From assembly GCA_035315785.1 (NCBI GenBank), contig DATFXP010000018.1:576-64575 (forward strand): 64,000 nucleotides of DNA, read 5' to 3'. Shown one piece after another: positions 17,872 through 26,023 of this stretch (position 1 is the first letter of the stretch; every line of letters starts with the position of its first letter). The notes beneath the pieces are model-generated. The model searched no databases and had not been told where the DNA came from. It saw nothing but the letters and a program-made list of their open reading frames with translations. The DNA comes from Candidatus Udaeobacter sp. GTDB lineage: Bacteria; Verrucomicrobiota; Verrucomicrobiia; Chthoniobacterales; UBA10450. The position numbers were made by a program, and so were the translations under genes.

Positions 17872-18920
17872 TACGCGGCCTCCGAGACCTCTTCGTTTCT
17901 TGCAATCAGGTGTTCGAATTGTTGCACGTAATCATGCGCCATTCGGGTAGCCGTAAAGCGTTGTTCAAACACTTCTCGACATCGTTTCCGACTCAAACCA
18001 GCTACGCGTCGAACCGCTTCTACCGCATCTTCCAAGCCTTCAACGATGAAGCCGGTGTGACCCGGCTCTACAAGTTCCGGGACTGCGCCGCCGCGATACG
18101 CAACCACGGGCGTGCCGCAGGCTATCGCCTCAATCATCACCAGTCCGAACGGCTCGGGCCAGTCGATCGGGAAGATCAATGCATACGCATTGCCCAGGAA
18201 TTCATCTTTCTCGATGTCCCCTATCTCGCCAACGAATTCGACGAGTGAATCACGCAACAACGGTGCGATCACCGAGTCGAAATAGTCCTTATCTACTCGA
18301 TCGACCTTCGCTGCAATTTTGAGTGGCATTCCGACCTGCTTCGCAATTTCGATCGCGCGGTCCACTCTTTTCTCGGGCGAAATACGTCCGAGAAAAGCCA
18401 GATATCGCCCGGCTTCGGGGCGGAATCGGTAGAGGTTGCGTGGCAAGCCGTGATAAACCGTTGCCTGCCAGTTCGCCCACGGCAACGGATCCCGCTGTCC
18501 ATTCGAGATCGAGATCACGGGCATCTCGCAAAACTCCTGGTACAACGGAACCAGATCAGGAATATCCAGACGGCCGTGTAACGTGGTCACTTGTGTAATC
18601 CCGTCCCTTCGGCTCAGCGGGAAATGCAGGTAATCGACATGAAAATGAATGATGTCGAACTTGTCCGCGTGCTGGAAAACACGTTCCAGCATGACGAAAT
18701 GGTGCGCCATTTGGTTTTGACAATGCTTATCCAAACGCAACGACCGTTGGCACGCCGCCACCAACCGCGCACTCGTCTCTGAATCTCCGCTCGCAAATAG
18801 CGTCACTTCATGGCCCTGTCGCACTAGTTCCTCCGTGAGATACGACACCACGCGTTCTGTTCCCCCATAATATTTCGGCGGCACGCTTTCATAAAGCGGC
18901 GCCACCTGTGCAATTCTCAT
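17871..18920 (-). CDS. Family 4 glycosyltransferase
   Basis: MRIAQVAPLYESVPPKYYGGTERVV...EPFGLVMIEAIACGTPVV. Its stop overlaps the start of the downstream glucosidase gene by 1 nt. Confidence 0.75.
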   Translation of the reverse strand: MRIAQVAPLYESVPPKYYGGTERVVSYLTEELVRQGHEVTLFASGDSETSARLVAACQRSLRLDKHCQNQMAHHFVMLERVFQHADKFDIIHFHVDYLHFPLSRRDGITQVTTLHGRLDIPDLVPLYQEFCEMPVISISNGQRDPLPWANWQATVYHGLPRNLYRFRPEAGRYLAFLGRISPEKRVDRAIEIAKQVGMPLKIAAKVDRVDKDYFDSVIAPLLRDSLVEFVGEIGDIEKDEFLGNAYALIFPIDWPEPFGLVMIEAIACGTPVVAYRGGAVPELVEPGHTGFIVEGLEDAVEAVRRVAGLSRKRCREVFEQRFTATRMAHDYVQQFEHLIARNEEVSEAA

Positions 18921-19136
18921 ACCCAAATTAGACCCTCCCTTGTTGAAATTTCCCGACCCAGCGAAGCCGGGTCAATCATCGCCTCGTGAGTGGCAGATGT
19001 ATTATCGATGCGTCACTCCATCCGCGCGACCAATTTTCCCGGCCTTTAATGTTCGAGTACGCCAACGAAAACGCGTGCACATCCTGCGTTTCGTTTTCGA
19101 TGGATGCGTCTGATCTGACAGAACCGCGCGCCGCCA

Positions 19137-20888
19137 TCAACGAGGAGGCGCTTCGCGAACAACTTCGCCGGGTGTTTTATCTTCGCGCAGCCCCATGAAC
19201 ACGGGTGCACGCAATTTTCCGTCTCTCGTCCACTCGGCAAATTTGATCTCGGCCACAAACTTCGGGTTGATCCAGCGTATTTTTTTCATCATCGAAGGCG
19301 TGATGCCCAGCACCCATTGGCCGTTTTGTTTAGATGGCAGATCTACAAACGGACAGTCGGTGCGTTCCTCGGCGCGAAATTTCTTGTGCAATGCAGTTAA
19401 TGATTTGGTTGTGAATCCAGTGCCGGCTTTACCGGCAAATACGAGATCGTGATCCTTGTAGTAGCCGACGAGAACGGCGCCGAAATGTTTACGTGCTCCT
19501 TGCGGTGGTGTGTATCCGCCAATGACAAATTCCTGTTCATTGACGCACTTGAGTTTTATCCATGCGCCGCTTCTCCGGCCGGGTTCGTAAATCGAGTTGC
19601 GTAATTTGCCGATGATTCCTTCCAAGCCGCGGCGTTGCACTTCCTTGAGGAGCTGATCGGCATCTCCACCAATCGCACCGGAGTAGCGAATCAGGGGGTC
19701 GCCTGCGCCGGCACACAACTTCTCCAAAACGTTCTTCCGCGTCTCTAACGGGAGCGAAACCAGACTTTTCCCGCCAAGCTGAAGAAGGTCGAACGCATAG
19801 AAATAAAGGGGCGATTTTCGTCCTTCCATTTCGCGCGCTTGCAAAAGCTGGAACGACGAACGGCCCTCCTCATCGAGCGCGACTACTTCGCCGTCAACCA
19901 CGCATTCGTCTGCTGGTAAATTTTTGACGGCCTCGACGATCTCTGGAAAACGCACGCTCAAATCGTTTTGGTTTCGCGACAGCAATGAGACTTTTTGGCG
20001 GTCTTTGATAGCAATCAGGCGGATGCCATCGAATTTTAGTTCATAAATCCAGTCGCCAGTCGCTGCTGGTTTCTCCACCAGCTTCGCTTTCATCGGTTCG
20101 ACAAAACGCGGTTTTCCCGAAGGTAGATCTGGCAGGGAAGCCTCGCCGAGACGTCCGCGCGCCTCCTTTGGAAGAGTATGCCTACGCGCCCCCCGGTCGC
20201 GCCCTATCGCTTCATCTTTTACTTTTTTTTTGATCGCCTCGCGGATTCGCGCCTTGAATTGTGATGTCGGATTTTGCGCTTCTACACGGTTTGATTGCCA
20301 CTCGGCGTCGCGCTCGTCCGCGATTTGTTTCATCGTGCGACCGGTCTTTACCGATTCGTCGTCGGCCTTGTTCGAAATCGGTTTGACATCATCGCCGGTC
20401 TTTAGGATCAACCACTGATTTTTTTCGCCCTCGCGGCCACGGATTCGTATAAGGGTCCATTCGCCTTTCGCCTTTTTCCCATCGAGAAGGAGGTGTAGCT
20501 TGCCTTCCCGTAGCGATTTCAGCGGTTGCTCGCCGTAAACATAGTAGGTGCCGCGGTCCCAGACCATCACCGTACCACCGCCATACTGTCCCTCAGGAAT
20601 CACCCCTTCGAAGTCTTCATATTCAATTGGATGGTCCTCGACTTCGACGGCAAGATGTTTCTCGCCACGCTTCCATGGAAGTCCCTTTGGCAACGCCCAG
20701 GATTTCAACACGCCTTCCGTTTCCAGGCGGAAGTCGTAATGCAGCCGACGCGCAGCATGCTTTTGGATAACGAATCGTGACGCGCCTTTGACCTTTTTTG
20801 GAGTGGGCTTGCCTGCCGGCTCGCTGGTCTTTTTGAAGTCGCGTTTGCGTTTATATTCGGTCAGCGCCATTCCACTCAAATAGACCAC
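19137..20888 (-). CDS. ligD: ATP-dependent DNA ligase LigD (3'-phosphoesterase + ligase domains, no Pol domain)
   Basis: FVIQKHAARRLHYDFRLE phosphoesterase motif and YELKFDGIR (KxDG adenylation) ligase motif. Confidence 0.8.
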   Translation of the reverse strand: MVYLSGMALTEYKRKRDFKKTSEPAGKPTPKKVKGASRFVIQKHAARRLHYDFRLETEGVLKSWALPKGLPWKRGEKHLAVEVEDHPIEYEDFEGVIPEGQYGGGTVMVWDRGTYYVYGEQPLKSLREGKLHLLLDGKKAKGEWTLIRIRGREGEKNQWLILKTGDDVKPISNKADDESVKTGRTMKQIADERDAEWQSNRVEAQNPTSQFKARIREAIKKKVKDEAIGRDRGARRHTLPKEARGRLGEASLPDLPSGKPRFVEPMKAKLVEKPAATGDWIYELKFDGIRLIAIKDRQKVSLLSRNQNDLSVRFPEIVEAVKNLPADECVVDGEVVALDEEGRSSFQLLQAREMEGRKSPLYFYAFDLLQLGGKSLVSLPLETRKNVLEKLCAGAGDPLIRYSGAIGGDADQLLKEVQRRGLEGIIGKLRNSIYEPGRRSGAWIKLKCVNEQEFVIGGYTPPQGARKHFGAVLVGYYKDHDLVFAGKAGTGFTTKSLTALHKKFRAEERTDCPFVDLPSKQNGQWVLGITPSMMKKIRWINPKFVAEIKFAEWTRDGKLRAPVFMGLREDKTPGEVVREAPPR

Positions 20889-20986
20889 GGATTACCTCAA
20901 TGGGCACGTGGGTTGTAGAGGCGCGCTATGCGACGACCGCGCTTTCAAAATCCGGCACTCGCCGCAGCGAACGCGGATACAACTGG

Positions 20987-21604
20987 CTACCCTTCGCTCG
21001 GTAGTGGCTCGCCGACCAGGTACCGAACGAAGCGACGAATGACGATGTTTTCTCCGAGTTCGGCAATCTTGGAATTCAGCAAGTCGCTAATCGTCACATC
21101 AGGATTCTTAATGAAGGCCTGCTCTAGCAGGCAAACTGTGCTGTAAAACTTCTCGAGTTTGCCTTCGACAATTTTGTCCGCAACATGCGCAGGCTTGCCT
21201 TGCACCTGTGCCTTGTAGATTTCGCGTTCTGCCTCGATCAGATTGCCCGGCACATCGGCGCGATTGACGTAAAGCGGATGCGCGGCAGCGATATGCAGCG
21301 TGATATCTTTCACGAACTCCCGAAAATTTTCATTTCTCGCTACAAAATCAGTCTCGCAATTCACCTCCACGAGCACACCAACCTTGCCCTGAAGGTGAAT
21401 GTACGAGGCAACGATTCCCTCTTTTGTCGCGCGCGTGGCCTTTTTCGCGGCACTGGCAATGCCTTTCGTTCGCAAAATCGTTTCGGCCTTCTCCAGGTCG
21501 CCGCCGCTCTCGACGAGAGCACGCTTGCAGTCCATGAATCCGGCATTGGTCTTTTCACGGAGTTGCTTGACGAGTTTTGGATCGATTTCAGTTGTTGCGT
21601 TCAT
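20987..21604 (-). CDS. tsf: Elongation factor Ts (short form)
   Basis: LVKQLREKTNAGFMDCKRAL UBA-like N-terminus. It sits immediately downstream of rpsB. Confidence 0.9.
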   Translation of the reverse strand: MNATTEIDPKLVKQLREKTNAGFMDCKRALVESGGDLEKAETILRTKGIASAAKKATRATKEGIVASYIHLQGKVGVLVEVNCETDFVARNENFREFVKDITLHIAAAHPLYVNRADVPGNLIEAEREIYKAQVQGKPAHVADKIVEGKLEKFYSTVCLLEQAFIKNPDVTISDLLNSKIAELGENIVIRRFVRYLVGEPLPSEG

Positions 21605-21658
21605 TAGATGCTTAGGTCGTTAAAGCGTCAGCCCGTTGAGTCGCTGAAGCGGGTGGCT

Positions 21659-22390
21659 TCAGGCCGATACGCCTGCCATTTCCACCTGTTCGCGGATGCG
21701 GGCCTCGCTGCTGGCCGAAACAATCGCATCGACCAGTTTTTGCAAAATCACTCGGATCGCACGGATGGCATCGTCGTTCCCGGCAATCGGATAATCGACG
21801 AGTTCAGGATCGGCGTTGGTATCCACGATGGCGACCACCGGGATCCCCAGGCGGCGCGCCTCATTGACGGCGTTTTGCTCCCGTAGCGTGTCGATCACCA
21901 CGAGCACGTCAGGCAATTCTGACATGTCGAGGATCCCTTCGAGGTTGCGCCTGAGCTTTGCGGCCTCACGATTCAGCGCAGCCAGTTCTTGTTTCCCCAT
22001 CTTCTTGTATTCCGGGGACTGTTCGATCTGCTCGATGTATTTCAATCGGCCGATGCTCTTGCGGATCGTGGTGAGATTGGTCAGCGTGCCGCCCAGCCAG
22101 CGTTGGTTCACGTAGAATTGTCCGCAGGCTAAGGCAGCTTCTTTTATCGCTTCCTGCGCCTGTTTTTTGCAGCCGACAAACAAAATTCGGCCGCCACGAC
22201 GCGCGACCTCTTGGAGGAAATCGGTTGCCCGCCGGAGTTGCCTCACCGTTTCATCAAGGTTGATGATGTAAATCTGATTACGCTGTTCAAAGATGAAGGG
22301 CTTCATCTTTGGATTCCAACGCTTCGTCTGGTGTCCAAAGTGAACACCAGCTTCCAATAATTCAGGCACTAATTCTGTTGTTTCTGCCAT
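21659..22390 (-). CDS. rpsB: 30S ribosomal protein S2
   Basis: LLEAGVHFGHQTKRWNPKM...; start at MAETTEL (22390). Confidence 0.9.
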   Translation of the reverse strand: MAETTELVPELLEAGVHFGHQTKRWNPKMKPFIFEQRNQIYIINLDETVRQLRRATDFLQEVARRGGRILFVGCKKQAQEAIKEAALACGQFYVNQRWLGGTLTNLTTIRKSIGRLKYIEQIEQSPEYKKMGKQELAALNREAAKLRRNLEGILDMSELPDVLVVIDTLREQNAVNEARRLGIPVVAIVDTNADPELVDYPIAGNDDAIRAIRVILQKLVDAIVSASSEARIREQVEMAGVSA

Positions 22391-22482
22391 AACGAGATTC
22401 CCGAAGGCGGGACACTCCAAGAGCGGGTGGATGAAGATGCTATATCACACGCCTGTTCGCAACATGAAATTCGCTGATCGGA

Positions 22483-22968
22483 CTATGTCAGCTTTGCCAC
22501 CGAGGAAGAACGGTTTCGCAACTGGGCCGCTGGCCTTGTCCGTTTTCCGAGCCAAATGTGAAGGATCAAAAGGAACGGCAGCGCTAATCCGACCACCAGA
22601 TGAATCCAGCTTGACCACGCACGCAAGGTTTCACCTCCGGCGTAGTAAAGCCCGTATCCGGTGATTGTCAGAATACCGAACGCTCCAAGGAACAGCGATC
22701 CGTTGCCGCGATTCCGACGCGCGCGCCAGGCAAAGCGCACGTGACCGGCAAGAAGCATTCCGACAAGCAACAAAATCGCCATCGCAGCAGCGCCGTGGAC
22801 TTTCATCGCCCACGCCTTTGCACCCATCTCAAAATCACCGGGTGACGGGACCAGATCATTCCAATACGCCCATGCGGCGCCGCTGAAAAAAAGCAGCGCA
22901 AACACTCCATAGAGCAAACGTCTGTGGAAAGGCTTCAATCGGACTAAGTCTGGGGGGACGCGTCGCAC
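22483..22968 (-). CDS. 4-TM membrane protein with paired His on TM2 and TM4 (cytochrome b-like / DUF4405-like)
   Basis: 161 aa. The His pairs are KVH...(18 aa)...AGH and WIH...(14 aa)...ILH on two predicted helices. It overlaps the ApbE-like gene by 25 nt. Confidence 0.45.
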   Translation of the reverse strand: MRRVPPDLVRLKPFHRRLLYGVFALLFFSGAAWAYWNDLVPSPGDFEMGAKAWAMKVHGAAAMAILLLVGMLLAGHVRFAWRARRNRGNGSLFLGAFGILTITGYGLYYAGGETLRAWSSWIHLVVGLALPFLLILHIWLGKRTRPAAQLRNRSSSVAKLT

Positions 22969-23843
22969 GTTGGGTCAAACATCCAGGAGGGACCGCCGTC
23001 TCGCCCGAGCACCAATGCATCCGCAGAATACTGTGCCAGCAGAGGCGCAGCTCGTTCGCGCAATGCGAACAAAACTTTCGTCAGTGCATCCGCCGTCATG
23101 CAGTTCGCTGCGCCCACGGTCACGCTGATCATGTCACACGCCGCTCGGCTGGTGCGTCCGTCCAATATTGGGCTGACGCAACGACGACGGTTTTCTCTGC
23201 GAGCAAAATAGATTCCCGAGGTTGCTATCGCACGCTCGCGAAGTCTCACCGCTCCCGCAGCGCAGTCCGGTTGTGCGGGGTGCCGGATGTGCACGATCTG
23301 CGACGCGGATCCAAAAACACGCAGGTCGCCACCCGCATTCACGATCCCCGTCATGACGCGGTTACGCTTCAAAACTTCAACCGCGCGATCAACGGCGAAA
23401 CCCTTCGCGATTCCGCCGAAATCGATTAATAACGGGCGGCGAAACCGTACGCGGCCCGTGACTTCAAGAACGATGTCGCGCCAGCTGCCCATACCAGAAG
23501 GGAAGCGGTATCTTGGAAGATAGCTCCATTTCACAAGTTGCCCGGCCGTCGTGACGTCGAAAATGCCATCGGTGTTACGAGAAAATTCCTCCGCCGATTT
23601 TAAGACTCGCCATGTCCACGCATGAACCCGCACTGCTTCGTAATATGCATCCCGGTTCAAGCGCGAGACATCGCTTTCGGAGTCGTGAAAACTCATCAAC
23701 CGATGCACCTGCGCGATCACCAAAAATGCCGCGTCGATCGCACCTTCCAATTCGACGGGGTTAGTTCCAAACGCCTGAATCTCCACGAACGTCCCGAGCA
23801 GTGGCCGACAACGGCGAACCTCGATTTTTCGATTCGTCCTCAT
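22944..23843 (-). CDS. apbE: ApbE-like FAD:protein FMN transferase (atypical)
   Basis: LLGTFVEI, FGGIAKGFAVD and IATSGIYF motifs. There is no signal peptide, and an in-frame stop 9 nt upstream of the ATG rules out a longer N-terminus. It has SPILDGRTS where HxxDPxTG is expected. Confidence 0.65.
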   Translation of the reverse strand: MRTNRKIEVRRCRPLLGTFVEIQAFGTNPVELEGAIDAAFLVIAQVHRLMSFHDSESDVSRLNRDAYYEAVRVHAWTWRVLKSAEEFSRNTDGIFDVTTAGQLVKWSYLPRYRFPSGMGSWRDIVLEVTGRVRFRRPLLIDFGGIAKGFAVDRAVEVLKRNRVMTGIVNAGGDLRVFGSASQIVHIRHPAQPDCAAGAVRLRERAIATSGIYFARRENRRRCVSPILDGRTSRAACDMISVTVGAANCMTADALTKVLFALRERAAPLLAQYSADALVLGRDGGPSWMFDPTCDASPQT

Positions 23844-23849
23844 TTGTGA

Positions 23850-24380
23850 TCAGCTGCGTTTCAGCGCGACGTCATAGAACGCGAGAAGACGTTTCACCCC
23901 GTCGGTGATGTGGCGACAACTCAGAGTCGCGCCGCTGACGTTCTTGATATCCCTATCCAGTTTCAATTGCGACTGGCTGGTCTTGCCTACGAATTGGGCA
24001 CGCCAGTTTTCATTACGAATTTCGCCTCCATAGGTTTCGCGATAATCCATCACCTCAATTTGTTTGACCGAGCCATTGGGATTCAGGCCGACTGCGTAGG
24101 TGATAAACTCGTGTTTGCCGACGACTTCATCGACGATGAACCAGCCGCCACCGCTCACGCGCCAGACTTGTTGCTCATCGTGCAACACGCGCACGCCGCT
24201 GGCCTGCTCAATAGTTTTGCGTTGAGCCGGAGCCAGTTTCACTGGCGCGGCGGTCAGCGATTTGCCAGGAAAAATCGCGCGCTGCGCTTGATCGACCGTC
24301 AGGTATTGAACTGCAAACGTAGACGGAGCAACCACCGCAGAAATCGGCAGGGCAATGAAAACGAATTCCGATTTCGTCAT
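23850..24380 (-). CDS. FMN_bind-domain protein with a flavinylation motif
   Basis: N-terminal hydrophobic anchor/signal. IKNVSGATLS matches [DN]xx[ST]GA[ST]. Confidence 0.7.
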   Translation of the reverse strand: MTKSEFVFIALPISAVVAPSTFAVQYLTVDQAQRAIFPGKSLTAAPVKLAPAQRKTIEQASGVRVLHDEQQVWRVSGGGWFIVDEVVGKHEFITYAVGLNPNGSVKQIEVMDYRETYGGEIRNENWRAQFVGKTSQSQLKLDRDIKNVSGATLSCRHITDGVKRLLAFYDVALKRS

Positions 24381-24383
24381 GCG

Positions 24384-25301
24384 CTAAAAATTAATTCCGA
24401 ATCTCAGCCTCACGTAATATTTCTCGTGTTCGTCACCGAAAATGTAACCGTCATGCGCGGCGAATTCCTTGTTGTCCCGGCTGAAAGCCGATCCGATTGG
24501 TAACTGATGAAGGAATCCGAGAGTGGCCCACCAGCGTTCACCACCATAGTGAATCGTCGGTCCGGCAAAGTAGGCTGAATGCTCATGGATAGTGGCATCG
24601 GCAAATTCGTGATGATTCCAGAATTCCAAACCTCCTGACCAATTGCGCATAAAGCGGTAGGAAAGTCCGGTGAACCATTCGAACATCCCTTCGCGTTCCC
24701 ACTCGTCCTCCTCTTCCTTTTCGTATTCGAGTTCGTAATTGACGTTTAACGCCCAAACGAGCCGGTCTTCGACCCAGTTCTTCTGCAGCAGGAGTTTCCA
24801 TTCCAGCTCCGTTTCCTGATCGCCAATTGCCGGCTCGAAATAGAGTGCGAGACCAATCGGATCCTTATAAGGACTCAGAAGCCGATAAATAGCTTCGAAA
24901 GAAACTGATTCGAAGTGATAGCTGTCGAATGGTGTAGCTGGATCGTGGTCCGCGTGGACATCCTCGCCGCCGGTTTCATAAACACCACGAAGCCGTTTTT
25001 TCGGGTGCGCCGGATCCGCCACTGGCACGTCATCATTCGCGTTGACGTAATGATGGTTGAGATAAAGCGCGATCTGAAAATTATCTGTGACGCCATATTC
25101 GAGCTCTTCGCGAAAATCGAAGACATTGTAGGTGCCGTGCTCCTTTTCCCAGCGCGCGGTCATCCATTGCTCAAATTCCCACCGGCCCTTGGGGAGCAAA
25201 TCGGTGGTGTAAGTCCACGCGAAGATTGCTTCGTCGGCTCGCGCTATGGAAACACAAAGTGAAATTGCTGCGATTAATGTGATCCTGATCTTCATCGCCA
25301 T
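24384..25301 (-). CDS. Outer-membrane beta-barrel protein
   Basis: Signal peptide MAMKIRITLIAAISLCVSIARA, alternating aromatic/hydrophilic strands, and the terminal ...YVRLRFGINF*. The ORF-track start at 25547 is rejected. Confidence 0.55.
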   Translation of the reverse strand: MAMKIRITLIAAISLCVSIARADEAIFAWTYTTDLLPKGRWEFEQWMTARWEKEHGTYNVFDFREELEYGVTDNFQIALYLNHHYVNANDDVPVADPAHPKKRLRGVYETGGEDVHADHDPATPFDSYHFESVSFEAIYRLLSPYKDPIGLALYFEPAIGDQETELEWKLLLQKNWVEDRLVWALNVNYELEYEKEEEDEWEREGMFEWFTGLSYRFMRNWSGGLEFWNHHEFADATIHEHSAYFAGPTIHYGGERWWATLGFLHQLPIGSAFSRDNKEFAAHDGYIFGDEHEKYYVRLRFGINF

Positions 25302-25408
25302 TATTTCTAGCAACAAGCGATGACCTCTGCTGCCGGACCGTTGCCAATTTTTGATGCCGGATTGCAGCGCAATCCAAGGCGCGTCACAGCAATACGCCGC
25401 TAGCTGGA

Positions 25409-25981
25409 TTATTGCGGTTGTTTTTCCGCGTATCTCGCAAGGATCCAGCAAAGGTCCGAAAGCCTGTTGAGATAGCGTAAGATTTCTGGATTCAAATCTT
25501 TTTCCTGGACGCCGAACACAGCAATGCGCCGCTCTGCGCGACGGCATGTTGTGCGAGCAAAATCCAATGCCGCCGACACTGGCGTCGCGCCGGGCACGAC
25601 CCAGTCTTTGGGATAAAGCGATTTATCCTTCTCAAGGTCGAAAACGACCGAAGTGATCCGATCGACCATCTCGGTGGTCGTTAGGTGGAAGCCATCTTTA
25701 GCGTAGCGTTCGTGGTCCGATGGCGCCGTCGCTAGTTCGCCCATTACGACGATTAAATCTCTTTGCGCTGCAAGGATTTGATCGGAAAGGAAATTGTCAT
25801 TTGCAATAGACCGGACCAGACCAAGCGCGGCGCTCAACTCGTCAACGCATCCATAAGCGTCCACACGCAGATCGGCTTTCGATAGCCGCCGTCCGTACAT
25901 CAGCGACGTTTCGCCTTTGTCGCCGGCTTTAGTGACGATAGACACAAGGCCAAACTGTAGGGCGTTTCTATGAAACGCCAA
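25409..25981 (-). CDS. PduO-type ATP:cob(I)alamin adenosyltransferase
   Basis: TKAGDKGETSLMYGRRLSKADLRVDAYGCVDELSAALG N-terminal signature. Confidence 0.75.
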   Translation of the reverse strand: MAFHRNALQFGLVSIVTKAGDKGETSLMYGRRLSKADLRVDAYGCVDELSAALGLVRSIANDNFLSDQILAAQRDLIVVMGELATAPSDHERYAKDGFHLTTTEMVDRITSVVFDLEKDKSLYPKDWVVPGATPVSAALDFARTTCRRAERRIAVFGVQEKDLNPEILRYLNRLSDLCWILARYAEKQPQ

Positions 25982-25991
25982 TTCATGAAAT

Positions 25992-26017
25992 GGCGTCTAA
26001 CACAGACGCCCTAACAA
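25992..26017 (-). terminator. REP-like GC hairpin (GGCGTCTa-aca-CAGACGCC + CTAACAA) directly after the rpoC stop
   Basis: 7/8-bp stem at 25992-26010. It is near-identical to 6211-6237 and in the same orientation relative to the upstream gene. Confidence 0.45.
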
Positions 26018-26023
26018 TTCGCT

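Noticed and set aside
25302-25547. 82-codon upstream extension of the OMP gene
   Set aside because: It precedes a perfect signal peptide (MAMKIRITLIAAISLCVSIARA), and the extension has no signal or TM character.
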